This document shows, one piece after another, positions 58,710 through 64,000 of a DNA stretch of 64,000 bases. Numbering within the stretch: the stretch's first letter is position 1; each line of letters opens with the position of its first letter. The stretch comes from Candidatus Latescibacterota bacterium. GTDB lineage: Bacteria > Latescibacterota > UBA2968 > GCA-2709665. The notes beneath the pieces are model-generated. The model searched no databases, was not told where the DNA came from, and worked only from the letters and a program-made list of their open reading frames with translations. Where the stretch lies: NCBI GenBank assembly GCA_965203805.1, contig OZ241917.1:288001-352000 (forward strand), written 5' to 3'. The translations under genes and the position numbers were made by a program.

Positions 58710-59783
58710 ATGTCGAAGTCTGCCGTCGATTACAGCATCGAGTTGCTGGAGGGCCTGAACGAAGGCGTCATTGCGTTCGATCGGGATCGCTGTGCCGTTT
58801 TGGCCAACGGGGCGTCGATTCTCCTGCTGGGACTGGCGGGGCGCGACGTGATCGGCCGCGGCGCCGGCGAGCTGTTTGACGGACGCCCCGAACTGCTGGA
58901 GATTCTGGAGGCCGGATTTGCAGGTCGTCTGTGCCGTGAACCGAAAGACGTTATATTGCAACGGGAAGAGGGTGGCATGCGTCGTTTGGGCGCGACCACG
59001 TCGTATCTGAAACGGGGTGCGGAACAGGGTGTGGTCCTGGTCGTGCAGGACGTTTCGGCCCTGAAGCGGATGGAGTGGGGGATGTACCAGGAGGAAAAGA
59101 TGAGCGCGCTGGGACGCCTGGCCGCATCCGTTGCCCACGAGGTCCGGAACCCGCTGGGCGCGGTGGACATTCAGCTGCAGCTTTTGGAAGACGACCTGAA
59201 GGCCGTGGAAGAGGGACTGAGGGGCCGTGTCTATCGCAGGCTGAATATTGCGCAGATGGAAATGAAGCGGCTTGACCGGATAGTACACAATTTCCTGAGA
59301 TTTACCAGAACCCCGAGGCTGGATCTGCAGCGGATAAGTCTCAACAACGTGGTGCAACACGTTTTCGACCTGGTCTCACCCGAGGCTCGCGAACGGGGCA
59401 TTCGGCTGAATCTGGATCTCCTTGACGGTCTTCCCGCGGTGGATGGAGATGAAAGCCAGCTGGGTCAGGCTGTCCTGAACATGACGGTAAATGCGTTCCA
59501 GGCCATGACCTCGGGCGGGGAACTCTCCGCGCGAACCCGGGTGGATTCCGACGGCAGCCAGGTCTGCCTCTCGATTTCGGATACCGGATGCGGGATTCCT
59601 GACGAGGAAATCGATCGGATATTCGAGTTCTATTATACAACTCGCGATGAAGGAACCGGACTGGGGCTCTCCATCGCCCAGCAGATCATCTATCAGCATC
59701 GGGGCCACGTCGAGGTGGAGAGCGAAGCGGGTAAGGGAGCCGTTTTCAGGGTTCATTTGCCCACCCCCGAACCCCGGCGTTAG
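58710..59783 (+). CDS. Cytoplasmic PAS-domain sensor histidine kinase (NtrB/AtoS-like)
   Basis: PAS-like N-terminus, no TM segment, AHEVRNPL H-box, NAFQA, DTGCGI, GTGLGL. Confidence 0.93.
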   Translation: MSKSAVDYSIELLEGLNEGVIAFDRDRCAVLANGASILLLGLAGRDVIGRGAGELFDGRPELLEILEAGFAGRLCREPKDVILQREEGGMRRLGATTSYLKRGAEQGVVLVVQDVSALKRMEWGMYQEEKMSALGRLAASVAHEVRNPLGAVDIQLQLLEDDLKAVEEGLRGRVYRRLNIAQMEMKRLDRIVHNFLRFTRTPRLDLQRISLNNVVQHVFDLVSPEARERGIRLNLDLLDGLPAVDGDESQLGQAVLNMTVNAFQAMTSGGELSARTRVDSDGSQVCLSISDTGCGIPDEEIDRIFEFYYTTRDEGTGLGLSIAQQIIYQHRGHVEVESEAGKGAVFRVHLPTPEPRR

Positions 59784-59874
59784 CGGTCCGGCGCCGGGGG
59801 GAAGTTACCGATTCGCGCCAATCCCGGGGTCGGCCGCACGCGACCCGATATAACGGGCACGTGGACGGATAGAC

Positions 59875-61236
59875 ATGGAAACGAAAGATATCAACATCTT
59901 TGTTGCCGACGACGAATACCATATATGCGAGGGGCTCAAAGAGTCCTTGACAAACGTGGGGTATTCGGTCGACGTCGCGTATGATGGCATGGAGGCGTCC
60001 GAACGTCTGAGCGCGCGGGTCTACCATGCGGCCATTCTGGATCTCAAGATGCCGGGAACAGACGGGATTGCCCTGTTAAAGCGTCTGAAGAAAACGAGCC
60101 CCGATACCGGCGTCATCATGATTACCGCCTTTGGTGAGGTCTCCACGGCCGTCGATGCCATGCGCCTGGGCGCGTACGATTACCTGGCGAAGCCGGTGGA
60201 TCTCAAACGTCTGCACCTCTCCCTGCAGCATCTCCTCGAGCATCAGGCTCTGGTCGCCGAAAACAAGGAACTTCGGGCCTGGCTGGGATCGACGGAGGCT
60301 TTCGGAGAGATCGTCAACCGGAGTCCGGTCATGCAGCAGGTCTGCGACACGCTGGCGCAGGCCGCAATAACCGATGTGCCCGTACTGGTGATGGGCGATA
60401 CCGGTACGGGCAAAGAGCTTGTGGCCCGGGCCATCCACCAGCGAAGCAACCGCCGCGAGGGTCCCCTTGTGGCCGTGAATTGCGGCGCCGTTCCGGAAAC
60501 GTTGTTCGAACGTGAGTTGTTCGGCCATATTAGGGGTGCGTTTACGGGCGCTCACGCGGACACGCCGGGCCGGTTCGCCGCTGCGGAAGGCGGCACGCTG
60601 TTCCTGGATGAGGTCGGTGAGATTCCACTGGCCAACCAGGTGGACCTCCTGCGGGTTCTGGAGGAGAAGGTGTACACCCCGGTCGGCAGCAGCGTGTCCA
60701 CAAAGGCCGATGTGCGGATCATATTCGCCACGAACAGAGATCTGGATCAGGAAGTGATGGAAGGTCGATTTCGGGAAGATCTGTATTACAGAATCAATGT
60801 CGTTCCCATTCGGCTTCCGCCGCTGAGTGACCGCAAGGAGGATATTCCGCTGCTTGTGGAGACCTTTCTGGATGAACTCTGTGCGTCACATCGCAAATCC
60901 AGGAAACGGTTTTCGCCGGAGGCGATGCGGATGATACTGGACTACGCCTGGCCGGGAAACGTCCGGGAGCTAAAGAACACCGTGGAACGGATCGTCGTGA
61001 CGTGTCCGGAGACAGAGGTCGGATCTCAGCGCCTCCCCCCGGGCGTCCGTGCGTCCGCTCCGGTTCCGAAGAATCTTGTCATTCCACTGAGTACCTCAAT
61101 AGAGGAAACGGAACGCCTTCTCATCGAAAACACGCTGGCGCACGTCACGTCCAATCGTCAGGAAGCCGCCCGTGTGCTGGGTATCAGCGTCCGGGCCCTG
61201 CATTACAAGATCAAGAAATACAGCCTCGGCTCCTGA
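59875..61236 (+). CDS. Sigma54-dependent response regulator (NtrC/AtoC family)
   Basis: REC domain (DD, LDLKMP), GDTGTGKE, ELFGH, GAFTGA, FLDEVGE, WPGNVREL, Fis-type HTH. Confidence 0.95.
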   Translation: METKDINIFVADDEYHICEGLKESLTNVGYSVDVAYDGMEASERLSARVYHAAILDLKMPGTDGIALLKRLKKTSPDTGVIMITAFGEVSTAVDAMRLGAYDYLAKPVDLKRLHLSLQHLLEHQALVAENKELRAWLGSTEAFGEIVNRSPVMQQVCDTLAQAAITDVPVLVMGDTGTGKELVARAIHQRSNRREGPLVAVNCGAVPETLFERELFGHIRGAFTGAHADTPGRFAAAEGGTLFLDEVGEIPLANQVDLLRVLEEKVYTPVGSSVSTKADVRIIFATNRDLDQEVMEGRFREDLYYRINVVPIRLPPLSDRKEDIPLLVETFLDELCASHRKSRKRFSPEAMRMILDYAWPGNVRELKNTVERIVVTCPETEVGSQRLPPGVRASAPVPKNLVIPLSTSIEETERLLIENTLAHVTSNRQEAARVLGISVRALHYKIKKYSLGS

Positions 61237-61274
61237 CTGCGCATCCGGTTTATTCGCCGTCCCGGCCGCGGCTT

Positions 61275-61322
61275 GATGCAAAATTTGCGCAATCTGTCGG
61301 ATTTTCGGATGCAAAATTTGCG
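61275..61322 (+). promoter_or_regulatory. Tandem upstream activator (enhancer) sites
   Basis: Exact 15-bp direct repeat GATGCAAAATTTGCG at 61275 and 61308 (33-bp period), each quasi-palindromic. Confidence 0.7.
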
Positions 61323-61420
61323 TTAACATGCAGAGTGAGACAAATCTGTCGCGCCCGGCGATTGGTATCGTCGGGCGCAAGTTTTTTAATATTAATCATT
61401 TGTGTTTTTTGCGGGAAAAC

Positions 61421-61436
61421 TGGCATTAAAGTTGCT
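61421..61436 (+). promoter_or_regulatory. Sigma54 (-24/-12) promoter
   Basis: TGGCAT-TAAAG-TTGCT matches TGGCAC-N5-TTGCW; an AT-rich segment lies between it and the enhancer sites. Confidence 0.8.
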
Positions 61437-61591
61437 TATATTTTTGGCGACCGTATCATTGGAATCGCTGATACGTTAGATTTTCGTCAAAACCGCGAAC
61501 TTTGCGGTGGTTATCACGGGTTCGACGTCACGAGGTGACGCACGGTTCAACCCGAACAGTCTGCAAAAATTGCACCTGCGTTCATACAAAC

Positions 61592-62140
61592 ATGGCGCTA
61601 TCGAAATTCTACTACAGCAGTGAGTGGGAAACGGACCTGAGCGGCGTGGTCGGCTTCCATCCGGCGACGATGGTCGCAAGCCTGGCGTCCCACGACCGGA
61701 TGGGTGCAATCAAGGCGCTTGTCGACCGGCTGCACGCATCGGGGTACGTGACCGACAGTCTGCGGTTCCTGCAGTCTGTTCTGGACAGAGAAGACCTCGA
61801 GAGCACCGCTGTCGGGAACGGGATTGCGTTTCCCCATGCCCGCTGCGGTTCCGCTGCGCATCTGGGTATGGCGCTGGGCATTTCTCCGGGCGGCGTGGAT
61901 TTTCACTCGGAGACGCACCCGGAGCCTGTTCGACTCATCTGCCTTGTGTCGGTACCCGGGGAGGGCGACATCAGATATCTGCCCCTTCTGGGCTATCTGT
62001 GCAGGCTGTTCCATGAAGATTTCACTGCAACGTTTCTCAAGTCCCGTTCGGCAGAGGACATGAATGGGCTGCTGATGCGGCAGATGCGCCTGCATGGTGC
62101 GATGCCGGACGCGCACAGGGCGCGCGTTTTGACGACGTGA
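61592..62140 (+). CDS. PTS EIIA domain protein (Ntr/fructose type)
   Basis: VLDREDLESTAVGNGIAFPHAR, GVDF, PVRLICL. Start uncertain. Confidence 0.85.
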   Translation: MALSKFYYSSEWETDLSGVVGFHPATMVASLASHDRMGAIKALVDRLHASGYVTDSLRFLQSVLDREDLESTAVGNGIAFPHARCGSAAHLGMALGISPGGVDFHSETHPEPVRLICLVSVPGEGDIRYLPLLGYLCRLFHEDFTATFLKSRSAEDMNGLLMRQMRLHGAMPDAHRARVLTT

Positions 62141-62178
62141 TTGCGGATTACGCACACTAATTTTCTGGAGGTCGGACC

Positions 62179-63030
62179 GTGGCTGGAATTATGATTCAGG
62201 ATAGCGAATCTCTGGACCTCTACCTCAGGGATATCGCTTCTTCGGAACCGCTGAACGCCGAGACCGAGATCGCGCTCGCGCACCGGATCCGGAAGGGAGA
62301 CCAGCGGGCCAGGGACAGGCTGGTTGCATCGAATCTCCGTTTCGTCGTCAGCGTCGCCAGGGAGTACCAGAACCATGGCGTGCCTTTGGCCGATCTCATC
62401 AGTGCGGGAAACATGGGTCTGATGACGGCCGCGGAACGGTTTGACGGGACGCGTGGGTTCAAGTTCATATCCTATGCGGTCTGGTGGATCCGCCAGGCCA
62501 TCCATCAAAGCCTAGCGCAGGATTCCCGCGTGGTGAGGTTACCCATTAACCGTATCGATCTGTTGCACAATATCGCGAAGGTGTCGCGAGAGATCCGGCA
62601 ATCTGAAGAGACCGATCCCGATCCTGAGACGATCGCCGAAAAGCTGGGCGTTTCGGTGGACATGGTTCAGGATACCCTCCTCAGGGCGCGGGACGTCTGG
62701 TCTCTTGATGCGTCGTTCAAGGACGATGACGATCACAGCCTGCTGCACATTCTGCCGGACAGCTCTCAGAAGGCGCCGGACCTGGAAGTGGTCGACGAGT
62801 CGGTCAAGGATCAGGTCAAGATGGTCCTTGAAACACTCGATGCACGTGAAGCAGAAGTGCTGCGGCTCTATTTCGGTTTGGGCGACGAGGAGGCAATGAC
62901 GCTGGAGGAGATCGGCACCAGGTTCAGCCTCACGCGGGAACGCGTCCGGCAGATAAAGGAAAAGGCCCTCCGTCGACTTCGCCATCCACGCCGGCGGCTG
63001 CAACTCGAGCCGTTGATGGAGTCGGCATAG
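62179..63030 (+). CDS. RpoD/SigA-family sigma70 factor lacking region 1.1
   Basis: SLDLYLRDI, NLRFVVSVA, DLISAGNMGL, GFKFISYAVWWIRQAI, TLEEIG, TRERVRQIKEKALRRL; GGAGG RBS. Confidence 0.93.
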   Translation: MAGIMIQDSESLDLYLRDIASSEPLNAETEIALAHRIRKGDQRARDRLVASNLRFVVSVAREYQNHGVPLADLISAGNMGLMTAAERFDGTRGFKFISYAVWWIRQAIHQSLAQDSRVVRLPINRIDLLHNIAKVSREIRQSEETDPDPETIAEKLGVSVDMVQDTLLRARDVWSLDASFKDDDDHSLLHILPDSSQKAPDLEVVDESVKDQVKMVLETLDAREAEVLRLYFGLGDEEAMTLEEIGTRFSLTRERVRQIKEKALRRLRHPRRRLQLEPLMESA

Positions 63031-63098
63031 GTTCCGGGCGTACGACGAGGCAGGTTCCCGGCCCGCGACCGGGTGGCGACAATGCCCGCGGTGGATTC

Positions 63099-63138
63099 AA
63101 CCGGGCGGAGATGAGAAACGGTCTCCGCCCGGTTTTTT
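63099..63138 (+). terminator. Intrinsic terminator after the sigma factor gene
   Basis: AACCGGGCGGAGA...TCTCCGCCCGGTT followed by TTTT. Confidence 0.8.
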
Positions 63139-63276
63139 GCGTTCTTCAACCGCTGGCGGGTACCGGTATCGATTCATGTAATCCGGGATGAACCGGCTGT
63201 TTTCCCGCACACCGTGATGATTGGACGGATGTCTCGGTGAGCGCACCGTATTCTTTTTGCCGCGGCATCGGCGCAC

Positions 63277-63306
63277 TTGACAAATTCCCACAATCGGGCC
63301 TATATT
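63277..63306 (+). promoter_or_regulatory. Putative sigma70 promoter for hup
   Basis: TTGACA-18 bp-TATATT. Confidence 0.65.
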
Positions 63307-63338
63307 CAGGGCAAAGTCCAGAAAGGGGGTGAATTGCC

Positions 63339-63614
63339 ATGTCGAACAGGGCCGATCTAGTTGATGCGATTGCAGATCAGGCCGGTCTCTCAAAAAGGAA
63401 TGCGGAATCCGCACTGCGTGTCGTTCTGAACGAAATCGCCGATTCGCTCAAAAACGGTGATCGCGTCGCCATTTCCGGGTTCGGGACGTTTTCCGTCGGA
63501 ACCAGAGCCGCACGCACCGGTCGAAATCCTCAGACGGGTGAGACGATTCAGATTTCCGCGGGAAAGACCGTTCGTTTCAAAGCTGGAAAAGCACTTAAGG
63601 ACGCCGTGAACTAA
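63339..63614 (+). CDS. hup: HU family DNA-binding protein
   Basis: GFGTF, ARTGRNPQTGETIQI, FKAGKALKDAVN. Confidence 0.95.
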   Translation: MSNRADLVDAIADQAGLSKRNAESALRVVLNEIADSLKNGDRVAISGFGTFSVGTRAARTGRNPQTGETIQISAGKTVRFKAGKALKDAVN

Positions 63615-63641
63615 CCCATGTTTCTTAAATTCTGTCCATGG

Positions 63642-63676
63642 AGCCTCGAGAGCAACACTCGATCGAGGCTTTTTTT
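63642..63676 (+). terminator. Intrinsic terminator after hup
   Basis: AGCCTCGA...TCGAGGCT followed by a T-run. Confidence 0.8.
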
Positions 63677-63677
63677 C

Positions 63678-63706
63678 TTGACAGGGCGGATTCCCCGAAA
63701 TATACT
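63678..63706 (+). promoter_or_regulatory. Putative sigma70 promoter
   Basis: TTGACA-17 bp-TATACT. Confidence 0.7.
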
Positions 63707-63776
63707 GTTCCGCGTGTTACAGGATGGCGGATCAGGCAACGCCGGTATGTTCCCGGCGGTCCTTACGGAGACAGGA

Positions 63777-64000
63777 ATGAATCGCCGATTGATGTTCGTG
63801 ATTTTAACGCTGAGTGCGGGGCTGGCTCTGGGCTGCAGCGACCGCCTGGCTCAGATGCAGGAGCAACTTGCCGGCACGTGGGAGCTGGAGTCCCGAATGC
63901 TGCCGGATGGGACGGTGCTTGGAAAGCCCGACGTTTCGGGCGTGTTCTCGTGGCAGCCGATCGATTCGCGAAAAGCCCACGTCACCCTGAACCTGCTTGT
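63777..64000 (+). CDS. Lipoprotein, possibly lipocalin-like; truncated by window edge
   Basis: Manual translation MNRRLMFVILTLSAGLALG-C-SDRLAQMQEQLAGTWELESR...; lipobox and GTW motif. Confidence 0.7.
   Translation, partial: MNRRLMFVILTLSAGLALGCSDRLAQMQEQLAGTWELESRMLPDGTVLGKPDVSGVFSWQPIDSRKAHVTLNLL

Overview
GC-rich bacterial chromosomal window, genetic code 11, mostly housekeeping genes. In order: purM (partial), folP, ftsH, tilS; one complete rRNA operon (16S, tRNA-Ile, tRNA-Ala, 23S, 5S); an EF-G paralog; a long + strand run from yebC-ruvCAB-tsaB-rimI-holB-metG-tatD-rsmA-ilvE-proC-hisHF-proB-ftsB-like-recO-valS to PBP1A; then secDF, a polyprenyl synthase, two heparinase II/III-like lyases with an HpcH-type aldolase and xth, prmC-prfA-rpmE-rho, a PAS kinase/sigma54-activator pair, PTS EIIA, an RpoD-type sigma factor and HU. 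Dockerin-like tails, a region-1.1-less RpoD-type sigma and 16S signatures suggest an FCB-related candidate lineage such as Latescibacterota (inference only). Highlights: (1) a hidden selenoprotein (6058-7038, -) that the ORF track splits at an in-frame TGA; the TGA forms a U-P-T-C redox motif followed by a SECIS-like hairpin. (2) That gene is the last of a three-gene operon with a TlpA-type CxxC protein and a beta-barrel carrying a C-terminal CxxGxC, a candidate trans-outer-membrane thiol/selenol relay. (3) A 675-nt group I intron at 23S position 1923 encodes an I-CeuI-like LAGLIDADG endonuclease whose ORF runs through the ribozyme core. (4) A sigma54 promoter with tandem activator sites lies upstream of PTS EIIA and a sigma70 factor. 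(5) Unusual substitutions occur in normally invariant rRNA sites (A-loop, H71, 338F/341F site). All calls come from reading the sequence; no searches were run.
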